IMG/VR virus record: IMGVR_UViG_3300005821_000187
Reading direction: 5' to 3' (one strand)
DNA length: 64,000 nucleotides
Source of the DNA: an uncultured virus (IMG/VR IMGVR_UViG_3300005821_000187)
Taxonomy: Duplodnaviria; Heunggongvirae; Uroviricota; Caudoviricetes
Position numbers and translations under genes: made by a program. Below the pieces are notes generated by a model. The model was not told the origin of the DNA. It was given only the letters and a program-made list of their open reading frames with translations, and ran no database searches. The first letter of the stretch is position 1. Every line of letters starts with the position of its first letter. This document shows, one piece after another, positions 35,042 through 44,837 of this stretch.

Positions 35042-35395
35042 TCAGTATCCGAGCCGAGCGAACGCGTCGGCCACTTGGTTATCATCGAGCCCTTCGGCCC
35101 CCTCGTGCAAGCCGACGATGGTCCGCTTGCGCTCATCGATGCGTAGGTCGATCGCGTCCAGATCCCCTTGGAGCGTGGTGCCCATTTGCGCGAGCATCTT
35201 GCGCTCCGTTTGCAGGGCCACGATCTCTTTTTGGGCCTTCTCGACCGCCAAGAGATCCTTCACGCTACCAAGGCGTCGTTTGTGATACGTGTACGCGAGC
35301 CCCGCGCCGAACACGAGCACGAGCCCGGCAAGCGCGACTTGCGTGTTCTTGCTGATCCACCGCCCGGCTTTGATGAGCCACAACGGCCAAGTCAT
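35042..35395 (-). CDS. N-terminal TM plus coiled-coil protein (i-spanin-like, 117 aa)
   Basis: VALAGLVLVFGAGLAYTY TM segment, then a heptad-like helix. Confidence 0.55.
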   Translation of the reverse strand: MTWPLWLIKAGRWISKNTQVALAGLVLVFGAGLAYTYHKRRLGSVKDLLAVEKAQKEIVALQTERKMLAQMGTTLQGDLDAIDLRIDERKRTIVGLHEGAEGLDDNQVADAFARLGY

Positions 35396-35892
35396 TCAGT
35401 GTCCTTGTCGTCTAGGTTCTTGAGCACCGTCGCCACCGAAGGCACCTTTGGGGGACGGGGCACTTGGAGCGACGGGCTCTTGCTTTGGCCGGGTAGCGCG
35501 GGCAGCTCGATATCCTTGCGCTTCAAAAGCCCTTTGGCGGTTTGGTACAGGAACACGCTGATCGCTCCGGCGCCCGCGAAGTAGAGCGCGCTTTGGCCGT
35601 GGGTCATGCCGGGCTCCGCCGTGACAAAGAAGCCGAGCACGGCCCCGGTGGCGACCGGGTGCAGCGGCATGGTCTTGTAGGCCCACCACCAAAACGACTT
35701 GGCCTTGCGCTTCACGCGCGGCGCACCGGGCAAGTGGCTGACTTCGTACGGAAGCTCATCGACGTACACGGCGTACGCACGCGGGCGCGTGAACACGCTC
35801 CGCTTCATGACTTGGCCGATCACCATGAACACAAGGGCCGCTACGAGAAAGGGCCAGTGCGGTTCAATCGCGCTCTGCCACCATTCGATCAT
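35392..35892 (-). CDS. Putative holin (three hydrophobic segments, 166 aa)
   Basis: Three TM-like stretches, charged C-terminus, position after the tail genes. Confidence 0.5.
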   Translation of the reverse strand: MIEWWQSAIEPHWPFLVAALVFMVIGQVMKRSVFTRPRAYAVYVDELPYEVSHLPGAPRVKRKAKSFWWWAYKTMPLHPVATGAVLGFFVTAEPGMTHGQSALYFAGAGAISVFLYQTAKGLLKRKDIELPALPGQSKSPSLQVPRPPKVPSVATVLKNLDDKDTE

Positions 35893-38378
35893 ACGAACGC
35901 CGTGGCCACGTTGTGCGTGCTGTTGAACATCTTTTGGCCAGTAGCGAGCCCGTCTGAGAACTGGCCATCGGATTGGTTGCCCACGATCAAGCTATCATCG
36001 CCATCGCAGTACATCGCGTCCGTGCCGCAGCCTCGAATGATGTTGCTCGAAACAACGCTGTAATCGACGCTGCAATAGATCGCGCCCGCGATGGCGGTTC
36101 CGCCATCGCCCCAAATCGTGTTCCCCGTGATATTGGCGGAAGTCGCGACTCCGGTCACCCAAATCCCATTGGGGCAATCGTTGAACATATTGCCGTTGAT
36201 CACGATGAGCGATGAATACTGAGAGAGAATCCCCTCGGAAACATTGCTGTTGAAATTGTTGAACGCGTTCCCCGTTATTACGGCGTAGTCCGAGTCATAG
36301 AGCCAGATACCGTTCTCACGCCCGTTGCCCGTCACGCTGGGGCCGGCAAGTCTGTTCGCTGAGATTACGGCGTTGCGAAAATCGTCCACATAGATGCACG
36401 CGTGGTCGGCCTCGTGTTCGGTCACGGCGGCCCAATCATGGACGGAGTTGTTCGCAATGAGCAAAGCCTGGCCGAAGCCAAGGTTATTGCTCTCCGCGCG
36501 AATGCACGTGACACGATCGGCCCCTGCGACGGTGCCGAACCCATTGAACTCGTTCCCGATAATCCGCGCTTCCTCTATATCCCACATGTAGAGGCCGCCC
36601 GCATCGGAATGGCCTGCGGTGCCATCGAAGGTACAGTGCTCTACGACAAAGCCGCGTCCGTCTGGGCTGCCGGATGAGTTGTTCGCATAGAGGGACCAGC
36701 CCGTTCCTTCCGCACCGTTGGCACCCGCATCGGGCGCGTGTACGCCGCTCGTCCAACTCTGTTGGAACTTGCACCGCGAAAAGCGAATGTCATTCCAAGC
36801 GCCACCCGCGTTATCGATGTGGACGTTATCTTCGTCTGGCTCATTGGCGTAGAAAAGGCAGTTGTCGAAAAGCAGATCGCTCGCGTTCGTGATCGTGACC
36901 ATCGAAAGCGTGTTATCTATCTGGAAGAAACTGTTATCGCGGAAGACCCAATCGCTCGCGCCGTCAATCTCCATTTCGCCGCCGATAAAGCACCGCTGCA
37001 TTATCGAGTTAGAGGAAGCGCCGCCGGCCCCAAGTTTCCAAGTGCTGTAAAGAAGCTCGCAGTCTTCAATGATGTTATCCCCGCGCCCAAGCTCGAACGT
37101 GGGGGCCGCTACCGTACCCCGAACGCCGCCGTGGCAGCCGCGCATGACGAACGTGGCTGCGTTACTCGTGAAGACCATCTTCACCGGGTCAAAACCCGAC
37201 GTGGTAATGCGTATGTCTTGCAGCTTGAAGTCGAGTGTCCCCGAATTGATCGAGAACACCGGGGTGGTGAGCGTTCCCACGGGCCGGATATAGCTATGGA
37301 ATGCCCTGTTATTCGTGCCCCCACCCAAAATTTCGATGCTGGTATCGCTAAACGCGTAGTTGGTGACTTGGAAGGGGGTGGCCGTGCTCGTGCCGTCCCC
37401 GCTCACAAGGATCTGAATGGTGACGCGCCCCATGATATTCGCGTCTTCGGTTTCGATGTGCGTCAAGCACGCGTCTAGGCCCTCACCAAGCCCGTAGCCG
37501 TTGAAGTCCCCGAAGGTGCGCAGCCCATCCCCGATCGTGTAATGCACGGTGCGGAGCGAGCGCAGACTCGTGGTCTGATCGCGCGTGAGCGTGTTCGATG
37601 GGTCGAGCGGCAAGTAAGGGTCGTTCCACCAATTCCAGTTGCCATCGTCATCGGCGCCCTTGATATCCTGAATCTGACGCGCGAGCCCTTTGATGGCCGG
37701 GTAGATCGCGTTCAAGCCCGTATCGTGCCGACTCGCTGCGCGCGTAAAGTCGGGCATGCCCCCGGAGCCGAGCTTGGTAGTTTGCTGCCAAGGCGTCGCC
37801 CCTTCGAACGTGCCTTCCCGAAGGTCTGTAATATCCCCGGCGTCAATCGATACGTTGTCCCACACCACGTCGGCCAAATCGATCCACTCAGGCCCCGATC
37901 CGGTGATCGAAATCTCGTACTGCGGAAGGTGGCGGGTATCGATGGCGGAAATGAATTCCGTGTTGCCCGTCTCGTTCCAAAAGGCGCGGTTGTCATTGGC
38001 GCCGTCCGAGTACAGGAACCGGATTTTGACGGTGTAGGTCGCGACCGGCTGGCCGGTAAAGTCGATCGATTGCTGCGCGTTGCCTTCGGTGTTCCCATCG
38101 GAGTTGTCGCCGCCGATGAGCTGGCCGTAGTCCGTGCGCGCGCCGACGATCTCAGCGCCGTACGCAAAGCTCAGCGCACCACCGTTGTCGAGCTTCACGG
38201 TGATCGTGGTATCGGGCACCCCAGCGGGCTCGACTGTGAAGCCGTTGATAATCGAGTTGCCATCGACCCCTAGGGCGCCACGCACCGTGCGCCGAAACTC
38301 GCCCAGCACGAGAAAACCCATCGCAGTGATATCGGGGATATCGACGCGCTCTTGTGGAGTCCATTTGACGATTCGCAT
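35889..38378 (-). CDS. Tail spike with a right-handed beta-helix (pectin-lyase-like) domain (829 aa)
   Basis: Repeated IxxNxF/IxGNxI rungs (IIGNEF, IANNSV, ISANRL, ITGNAF, INGNMF, ITGNTI, VSSNII). Confidence 0.8.
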   Translation of the reverse strand: MRIVKWTPQERVDIPDITAMGFLVLGEFRRTVRGALGVDGNSIINGFTVEPAGVPDTTITVKLDNGGALSFAYGAEIVGARTDYGQLIGGDNSDGNTEGNAQQSIDFTGQPVATYTVKIRFLYSDGANDNRAFWNETGNTEFISAIDTRHLPQYEISITGSGPEWIDLADVVWDNVSIDAGDITDLREGTFEGATPWQQTTKLGSGGMPDFTRAASRHDTGLNAIYPAIKGLARQIQDIKGADDDGNWNWWNDPYLPLDPSNTLTRDQTTSLRSLRTVHYTIGDGLRTFGDFNGYGLGEGLDACLTHIETEDANIMGRVTIQILVSGDGTSTATPFQVTNYAFSDTSIEILGGGTNNRAFHSYIRPVGTLTTPVFSINSGTLDFKLQDIRITTSGFDPVKMVFTSNAATFVMRGCHGGVRGTVAAPTFELGRGDNIIEDCELLYSTWKLGAGGASSNSIMQRCFIGGEMEIDGASDWVFRDNSFFQIDNTLSMVTITNASDLLFDNCLFYANEPDEDNVHIDNAGGAWNDIRFSRCKFQQSWTSGVHAPDAGANGAEGTGWSLYANNSSGSPDGRGFVVEHCTFDGTAGHSDAGGLYMWDIEEARIIGNEFNGFGTVAGADRVTCIRAESNNLGFGQALLIANNSVHDWAAVTEHEADHACIYVDDFRNAVISANRLAGPSVTGNGRENGIWLYDSDYAVITGNAFNNFNSNVSEGILSQYSSLIVINGNMFNDCPNGIWVTGVATSANITGNTIWGDGGTAIAGAIYCSVDYSVVSSNIIRGCGTDAMYCDGDDSLIVGNQSDGQFSDGLATGQKMFNSTHNVATAFV

Positions 38379-38381
38379 TTG

Positions 38382-39482
38382 TTACACCTTTATTGTCACT
38401 TCGACTTGTACCCCGGCGGCCCGGATCTGTTCTAGTAGGCATCGCGCCGCTAGGAGCGGATCGGAGAGATAAGCATAGAAGTCGCCGTCGTCCTGTATGT
38501 TCTCGTTGTAAGCCAAGTGGTGTGCACTGAATGCCGTGTAATCAACGATCACGGCGGTGCCGATGGCTCCGGGGCTCGTGCCGAGCGTGATCGTGGTCCC
38601 TGAAACAGTGCCCCCCGGCAAAAAGTAGTTGGTAAGGCCCTCTCGGAACCCACGCCGCACTTGGGGCGTATCGATGTAAACGCCGGCAATCGCGTCAGCG
38701 GCTACGTCAGCGGGGTACGCGATCTCGCGAAGCCCAAAGGTCGCCGTCAAGGCTCCGGGGTAGGGCGCTTCCGCGCCGTCGACCGCTCCGTAGTCCACTT
38801 CCACGCTGTTGAGCCCCGTGGTGAGCTGGGGCTCGCCGCCATTCGCGAAAAACCGGCCTTGTAAGCTCGTGGCGAGCGTCGTGATAATCGACACGAAGAC
38901 CTTCCAAGGGTCCGCGGTAATGTTCTCGCGAATAGCGTACTGGCTGGCCCCTAGAAGGGCCGTAAGGGCCTCATCGAAGGCGTGAATCGTGGTCTTCGGG
39001 AGATAGGCCACCGCTTTGATGATCGCCCGCCACTGCTCTTGCGTGACACCGGGGCAGCGGGTGAGCCCTAGGTTCCGGCCGATGATATCCAGGTCTTCGC
39101 CTACCGCGTGATCCACCAAGAGCCCGCGCCGTAGGTGGTCGAGCCCGCTCGCGTTGCCGGATAGGTCCAGAACCAGCGTCCCCACCGGGTGGACCTTCGG
39201 CTCTGTATCGCGGAGCCCACGCGTGAGCGTTTGGAACTCGAAAGTCGACGGGCCATTCAGCCGAGCCGTCGCGCTAATGATCTCGCCCCCCACAAGCAAG
39301 AGCGCGTCTTCCGCGCCGTCCGTGAACTCGCCGATGCTGAGCGTGCTCTCGACCCCCATCGCGGTGGTCTCCGTATCGCTGAGCGTCGCCACGAGCCGCG
39401 TCACGGGCTTGCCGGCGATATCCTCATCGGAGCCAAAGATCGCGTCCAGAACCGCGGAAAACAGCCCTTGCTCTAGGCTCAT
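38382..39482 (-). CDS. Baseplate wedge / tail protein I-like (366 aa)
   Basis: AVGEDLDIIGRNLGLTR...WRAII and C-terminal IRAAGVQV motifs. Confidence 0.65.
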   Translation of the reverse strand: MSLEQGLFSAVLDAIFGSDEDIAGKPVTRLVATLSDTETTAMGVESTLSIGEFTDGAEDALLLVGGEIISATARLNGPSTFEFQTLTRGLRDTEPKVHPVGTLVLDLSGNASGLDHLRRGLLVDHAVGEDLDIIGRNLGLTRCPGVTQEQWRAIIKAVAYLPKTTIHAFDEALTALLGASQYAIRENITADPWKVFVSIITTLATSLQGRFFANGGEPQLTTGLNSVEVDYGAVDGAEAPYPGALTATFGLREIAYPADVAADAIAGVYIDTPQVRRGFREGLTNYFLPGGTVSGTTITLGTSPGAIGTAVIVDYTAFSAHHLAYNENIQDDGDFYAYLSDPLLAARCLLEQIRAAGVQVEVTIKV

Positions 39483-39904
39483 AGCTGTAGCCCCGCGGTG
39501 TTGCTAGTTAGGATGCGCGGACCCACCCGCCAAGGCGTGGCGAAGCCGCCGCGCACGCGTTGCGCTTTGGTCTCTTCGGCGAAGAGCCGATAGTCGAATG
39601 CGGCGACAAAGGTGGCGATATCGACCCCCACGGTCACTTGTAGGTCATAGACGCCATCGGGGAGCGGGGGGAGCCCCACGAAAACGCACGTCGAAGTCAC
39701 ATCGAAGTCAGCGTCCCAAATGTACCCCGTCCCCTGGACAACCGAAGCCTGCAAAAGCTCGACCACGATCCCCGCTTCAAAGCCCGTACCAAGGATCTTG
39801 ACGACCTTGCCGCCGCGCCGGGGCACGATGGTATCGCTCACGCTCGTGATCGAAAGTGGATCAGCTTCGCCTGCACCACCGTCGAATAGAATCAGCAAGC
39901 TCAT
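39479..39904 (-). CDS. Ig-like (IPT/TIG) virion protein (141 aa)
   Basis: ITSVS...GGKVVKILGTGF...PPLPDGVYDLQVT...AFDY. Confidence 0.7.
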   Translation of the reverse strand: MSLLILFDGGAGEADPLSITSVSDTIVPRRGGKVVKILGTGFEAGIVVELLQASVVQGTGYIWDADFDVTSTCVFVGLPPLPDGVYDLQVTVGVDIATFVAAFDYRLFAEETKAQRVRGGFATPWRVGPRILTSNTAGLQL

Positions 39905-39946
39905 TCGTAAGCCCGTGCTTTCTGAGTCGTGTCGATAGTCATGGTT

Positions 39947-40726
39947 CTAGCCCATCCATGGCGATGCGTGCCCAAACGATTCATCGGATAGATTCTTGAT
40001 CGTTGCGGCGCTGAGTAGCGTGTCCGTGACAAATGCGTTGCACATGAGCCCTTCCCACGCCGCGCTAGTATCGTCCGCATCCGATGTGAGCGCGAAGTTA
40101 TCCGTGGTCTGCACGGCTTCCGCGTTGACCGTGCCGCTCCACACTTCGCGGCCATTCAGGTAGAACGCCGCCGCCGGGCTCGTTGTGCGGTTGGCTGAAA
40201 CGGCCATGCAAACATGAAACCAACGCTGGATTGGAGTCTTCGTCTTATGATCGCCCATGCTCGTTTGGCCATTCCCTAGGAATTGCCACCCCGCCGTGCT
40301 TTGCCGGTACAGCCCGTAGTTGTTCCCGAACCCGCCGTTGCCTGAGCACAGCATCGCGGGGGAGCCGTTGTACACACGGGGGTAGATGAAAGCCCCGAAG
40401 GTTACCGGGCTCGTGTGCGGGATTTGATGCGCCGCAGCGCCGTCCGCGATAATGCGCGGGTTCAACGCGGCGCTATTTTCCACGATCATCATGGTGCCAC
40501 CGTCGTACGACCCGTGGGTAGAATCGGCGGTGCCGAACGAAGGCGTGCCGTAGTCGAATACATGGTTGCCCGTCAGATCCGTGAGATCGGCGGAGAGCGG
40601 GCAGCAAAGGATATTGCCGATATCTGTGCCGATTTCGATGCGCTTAGGCGTAGGCGCGTAAAGCGAGCCGGGCCGTCTCGCGAGCGCCGCGCCTTCCAAT
40701 GCTTTCGTACTTGCGCCGTGTCCCAT
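39947..40726 (-). CDS. LamG/concanavalin-like virion protein, paralog B
   Basis: TFGAFIYP, RWFHVCMAV, FYLNGREV, LSAATIKNL; AAGGA RBS before ATG 40726. Confidence 0.75.
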   Translation of the reverse strand: MGHGASTKALEGAALARRPGSLYAPTPKRIEIGTDIGNILCCPLSADLTDLTGNHVFDYGTPSFGTADSTHGSYDGGTMMIVENSAALNPRIIADGAAAHQIPHTSPVTFGAFIYPRVYNGSPAMLCSGNGGFGNNYGLYRQSTAGWQFLGNGQTSMGDHKTKTPIQRWFHVCMAVSANRTTSPAAAFYLNGREVWSGTVNAEAVQTTDNFALTSDADDTSAAWEGLMCNAFVTDTLLSAATIKNLSDESFGHASPWMG

Positions 40727-40737
40727 TCGATTCCTTG

Positions 40738-41556
40738 CTACGGCAACGGAGCGCCGACCGTCCATGGGGATGAGTGCCCGTGTGCCTCATCCGAAAGTGC
40801 TTTGATCTCAGCATTGCTCAGCGCGCGGCTCGCGATGAACACATTGGTCAAGTACCCTTCCCAGCCTGGATTGTCCGAAGTTGCGCTGGCTTCGTTGATG
40901 CTGAATATGTCCGTTGGGTTGGCCACTTTCCGACCGTTTGTTCCGAACGCACCGGACCAAATCTCGTTGCCGTCCCAAAAGAACGAGCCTTCGTTGGCGC
41001 CGTCGTCACACCGCATCGCGACGTGGAACCATCGCCCCGCGTTCGCAATCTGAGTGTCGTCGTCTTCCGGGTCGCGATTGATCATGACCCGCCACGCCGA
41101 GCCCGAACCACCGCCTTGATCGTTTCGAAATCCCCAACTGCCATCCACGAAGCGGGTAAGGCCGTAGTTTTGGCCGCCGCCCGTTCCCGTGCTGCATAGG
41201 AAATTCGACGTGGTGTTCCAAAATGTGGGCCGCAAGAACATTCCGAACGTCACTGGATCAGTGCCGCCGATGGCATGCGCGTCCTCGCTCGCGGTTGTGC
41301 GAACCGCGCCGCCAGCACCGCGATTGCACATGAGAACAGCTTCGCCGTTGTAGCCGGTCGTGATGCCCCCCGGCTCGATGGTGGAGTCGCCCGGAATGAG
41401 CGTGTGGTTGCCCGTCAGATCGGTGCGATCCGTAGTGAACGGGCAGCAAAGGATATCGGCAATGTCGGTGCCCACGTCTTGGCGCTCTGGCTCGCCGCCG
41501 ATGCTTCCCGGCTGCGCGAGTTGATCCCCCCTTGGTGAGTGCGTGTAATAGCCCAC
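40738..41556 (-). CDS. LamG/concanavalin-like virion protein, paralog A (272 aa)
   Basis: TFGMFLRP, RWFHVAMR, FFWDGNEI, RALSNAEIKAL. Confidence 0.75.
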   Translation of the reverse strand: MGYYTHSPRGDQLAQPGSIGGEPERQDVGTDIADILCCPFTTDRTDLTGNHTLIPGDSTIEPGGITTGYNGEAVLMCNRGAGGAVRTTASEDAHAIGGTDPVTFGMFLRPTFWNTTSNFLCSTGTGGGQNYGLTRFVDGSWGFRNDQGGGSGSAWRVMINRDPEDDDTQIANAGRWFHVAMRCDDGANEGSFFWDGNEIWSGAFGTNGRKVANPTDIFSINEASATSDNPGWEGYLTNVFIASRALSNAEIKALSDEAHGHSSPWTVGAPLP

Positions 41557-42393
41557 TTACAATCCCATCATAGCGGTGCGAATGACTTGTAACTCAGCGG
41601 GGCTCTCGACCCGGCTCTCCATGAGCACTGCCGAAAACGCGCCGTCCATCCCGGTGGTGTTCCACGAGTCTCCGAGCGTGAAGGGCTGTCCCGTCTTCGT
41701 GCTTGGGGTTGTGAGCGCGTACGGTTCGGTTTGGTCGTTGAGCGTGAACGTGCCGGTGATGCCGTCCGCGTTCATAGTAAACGCGAGGAAGTTCCATTCG
41801 AACAGCGGTGGAATCAGGGGCGTTACGCTTGTCGCGGATTCCCAGGTGGGCTTGTCGTGACCGACTCGCTGATGGCCGTCGCCGCCCTGATACCACTGGA
41901 AAACAGACTGGCTCCCCGTGTACACGTCGGAGCGAGCCCATGCACAGCTAGGGCGGTAAGCCCACATCCACACGCCCATGCAAATGGTGAATTCCCACGC
42001 GGGGGCGTATACTGACGGGTCGAGCGCGGCGTTGTAGCCCGTGACCCGCAGCGGGTTGGAATTGTCTTGGGCGAGCCCCATACCGTTGCCCGCTGGGCAA
42101 AAGCTCTTTGTATGGGTGAACTGCGAAGTGAAGCTGCCCGGCGCCTTGCCGAAGGCGTCCCCGTCAAGGGGAAGCCAAAGCTCGCAATCCCTAGTTAGGT
42201 CGGGGGTGCCGGGCGTCCATGACGGGGCTTCGGGCTCGACGTACTCCACACAGAAGTCGTCCGTGTGAATGCCGAACGTGCCGGGGCCGGGGTACTGTGC
42301 GCCCGTAGGGTCGCCTGCGTTTAGGGTTCCCCAACGCACGAAACCGCTCGCCATCGTATCCCAAACACGGTTGTAATATGTTGGGCCGCTCAT
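41557..42393 (-). CDS. LamG-like virion protein with an N-terminal duplicated module
   Basis: LWLPLDGD, FTICMGVW, EWNFLAFT, FTLG...MDG; probable start MSGPTYYNRVWD. Confidence 0.7.
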   Translation of the reverse strand: MSGPTYYNRVWDTMASGFVRWGTLNAGDPTGAQYPGPGTFGIHTDDFCVEYVEPEAPSWTPGTPDLTRDCELWLPLDGDAFGKAPGSFTSQFTHTKSFCPAGNGMGLAQDNSNPLRVTGYNAALDPSVYAPAWEFTICMGVWMWAYRPSCAWARSDVYTGSQSVFQWYQGGDGHQRVGHDKPTWESATSVTPLIPPLFEWNFLAFTMNADGITGTFTLNDQTEPYALTTPSTKTGQPFTLGDSWNTTGMDGAFSAVLMESRVESPAELQVIRTAMMGL

Positions 42394-42397
42394 TACC

Positions 42398-42682
42398 TCA
42401 CCCGCATGGATCTGCGTACTCGATGCAGTAGTCGTCCGTATCAACGCCGAAGGTTCCGGGGCCTGGGTAGCTCGTCCCCGTTGGATCGGGATCGGTGGTT
42501 TCCCAGCGGACAAAGCCCGGCCCCGCTTGAACATCCCAAACTCGATTGACGACCGGAGCCGCCGGAGCCGCCGGCTCGCCTCCAATGACGGTTCCTGGGA
42601 TCACAAACTCGTTGACCGTTCGCTCATGCGCCCGAATGATGATCGGCGGAACGGTCACTATCCCCATTGGAACGTCAGCCAT
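42398..42682 (-). CDS. Small virion-associated protein (94 aa)
   Basis: Its C-terminal ~48 aa closely match the N-terminus of the downstream protein. Confidence 0.7.
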   Translation of the reverse strand: MADVPMGIVTVPPIIIRAHERTVNEFVIPGTVIGGEPAAPAAPVVNRVWDVQAGPGFVRWETTDPDPTGTSYPGPGTFGVDTDDYCIEYADPCG

Positions 42683-43836
42683 TAGAACGTGACTCCGGCT
42701 CTAGTGAAATTCGATCCGTGGACTGTAACGCCGTCCCACGGGACGGCGATCTTCATATTGTTCGTCGTCCCGTCCCCGAAAACGATCCGATCTTTGGTCA
42801 AACTCGTGGACCACTGCGGGACGTTGTAAACCCACAAGTTGAAGTTATCGGCCGAAGCGCCGAACGTCCCGAGAAGCCCGGTGGTCGGAGATTCGATGAT
42901 GCGTACCCACATCGGTGCCAGGTCATACTGAGCGGGCGTAAACAGCCCGTTTGGCTGACTCTGTAAGCCCACGTGAGAGTCGAGATTTAGGTTCCGAACA
43001 GGTTCCGGGTCGGTGGAATCTGGCATCGGGGCGCCGCCTTGGCGCTCTGGAATCGTGCTCTCGTTGACCGGGTGCAGTGTGTAGAAGGCCATCCAAGGAT
43101 AGTCAACAGTTAGGTCGTCGTGTGGAGCTACCAGCCCCGCGTGGATGTACCGGGTAGCCGACCCGGAAGAGAGTAGAAACAAGTTGTCGTCATCCATGAT
43201 GATGTGGAACCGAGTGGCGGCCGGGTTCGCATCATTGACGGCGGGCAACAGGTCTCGCATGTTACCGGGGTTGTAGGTTCCCCCGGCGGAGTTGGAGCGC
43301 GGATAGCAAAGCAGGTTGGTGCCGCCCGCTGCCGGGATTCGCCAAACTGCCCCGTTCCCATCATTGCCGACCGGCATAGCGGCCGACCCGCCCTTGGTGT
43401 CCGTGCCGTCATCATTCGTGGTGCCGTTCCAAGGGTTCTCGTCCCCACCAACACCGATGGCGAAAGCGATCGTTAGGTGGCTGTAGGACGTGCCGGTACT
43501 AGAGCCGTTGTGGCTTGCTGGATCGCCCGGAGCTATGCCTATCGCCTGGTTCGTTGCGCCCCCGCCAGATTCGCACTGCATGAGCACGTAGATCGGATAG
43601 GCGCGGGCTGCGCTCGTGCCCCATTGCCAAACCGCCCAACAGTGGTTCCCCCATGGGTTCGCCCCGTCCCACATGTCAGTCCCGGTTCCGCCAGAACCGA
43701 CGTTGTAGGCAATCCGGGTCATCAACGGATGGGCCTGCAAGAAGTCGTACCAAATCTTCCAAGTGACCGCTGTATTCCGGTACTCCGTGGTCTCACTCGT
43801 GTAGCAGTCGATCTGCCCGCGTATTGTTCCGCCCAT
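42682..43836 (-). CDS. Tail-associated protein (384 aa)
   Basis: Gly/Asn/Trp-rich ORF within the tail cluster; GAGG/GGGG RBS. Confidence 0.6.
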   Translation of the reverse strand: MGGTIRGQIDCYTSETTEYRNTAVTWKIWYDFLQAHPLMTRIAYNVGSGGTGTDMWDGANPWGNHCWAVWQWGTSAARAYPIYVLMQCESGGGATNQAIGIAPGDPASHNGSSTGTSYSHLTIAFAIGVGGDENPWNGTTNDDGTDTKGGSAAMPVGNDGNGAVWRIPAAGGTNLLCYPRSNSAGGTYNPGNMRDLLPAVNDANPAATRFHIIMDDDNLFLLSSGSATRYIHAGLVAPHDDLTVDYPWMAFYTLHPVNESTIPERQGGAPMPDSTDPEPVRNLNLDSHVGLQSQPNGLFTPAQYDLAPMWVRIIESPTTGLLGTFGASADNFNLWVYNVPQWSTSLTKDRIVFGDGTTNNMKIAVPWDGVTVHGSNFTRAGVTF

Positions 43837-43847
43837 GTTCCCCTACC

Positions 43848-44318
43848 TCACGAAAGAATGCCGACCGTATCGTATCGAATGGTGTCGCCCGCATCGCCAG
43901 CGGTGAAAATGACGCGCAGCTCATAGACGTGCACGACGTTGTAGATCGTCCCATCGTTGGGATCGGAGCCCGGCACGGTAGGCGTTCCGCTCGCCGTGAG
44001 CGCAACGCTCTCGCGCACGATGGCGTTCGTTGTGGAAGACGTGATCGTGGCTCGAAGGTCGCCTGTGACTGGCGCGTTCGGCGGTCCCACATCGTAGAGC
44101 CGCAGCTCGACCGTGGGTGCGATGCCGCCCGCGTCCGCAAGGAAGCCTACGATGTACAGCTCTAGATCGACCTTGCCCGCGCCGTTAGGGTCTAGCTCGA
44201 AACGGCCGATGCGCGTTTCAACTAGGGTAGCGGACTGCTCCCACTCGCCTTCGACAAGTAGGGGAATCCTGTACTCAGGGTTGACGTTCTCTATGCCCGA
44301 TGCGCCTGCGTATCCCAT
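43848..44318 (-). CDS. Hypothetical tail-associated protein (156 aa)
   Basis: Beta-rich ORF in operon. Confidence 0.55.
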   Translation of the reverse strand: MGYAGASGIENVNPEYRIPLLVEGEWEQSATLVETRIGRFELDPNGAGKVDLELYIVGFLADAGGIAPTVELRLYDVGPPNAPVTGDLRATITSSTTNAIVRESVALTASGTPTVPGSDPNDGTIYNVVHVYELRVIFTAGDAGDTIRYDTVGILS

Positions 44319-44321
44319 CGA

Positions 44322-44828
44322 TCAAGCCTCTAATCCCCGTACGTGGAAAAACGCATCCGCCGCACTCACGGTGAGCGTGGGCAGCGTGGTGCTGATCATC
44401 GCGTAGCACCCCGTCGTGAACTCAAACTCGCCGCCCGGAAACGACTCGCTTGCCTCGCCCGCGGCGGGAATGAGCCCGCGCCAGTCGGGCACCGCGGCCA
44501 GCGTTGGCGGCGTAGTGGTATCGAAGAGCATGAGGTAGCGAACCGCGACCACGGAAGGGTCGAGCAAGACGCGCAGCTCTCGGATATCCCCGGCCCCCGT
44601 GCGGAGTAGCGCACCGGCTTCGGCGACTCCGACCGTATCGTATTTCCAACGCGCCGCCGTAGCCTCGATACCGACGATGAACGGATTGCCAGCAACGCCC
44701 GCGTGTACGCCGTCCTCATCTACGGCAGCGAATGTTTGAATCCGCCGTGTCGAAGGGTCCGTGAAGATCAGGAAGGGCTGTTCTCCTACATCATTCGCGC
44801 GTTCTACCGTTGTTATTCCGAGTGCCAT
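44322..44828 (-). CDS. Hypothetical tail-associated protein (168 aa)
   Basis: RYLMLFDTTTPP...FTTGCYAMISTT; in operon. Confidence 0.55.
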   Translation of the reverse strand: MALGITTVERANDVGEQPFLIFTDPSTRRIQTFAAVDEDGVHAGVAGNPFIVGIEATAARWKYDTVGVAEAGALLRTGAGDIRELRVLLDPSVVAVRYLMLFDTTTPPTLAAVPDWRGLIPAAGEASESFPGGEFEFTTGCYAMISTTLPTLTVSAADAFFHVRGLEA

Positions 44829-44837
44829 CTTATTCCC

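Noticed and set aside
39901..39942. 13-codon mini-ORF (MTIDTTQKARAYE) bridging two tail genes
   Set aside because: It could couple translation, but it is too short to distinguish from chance.
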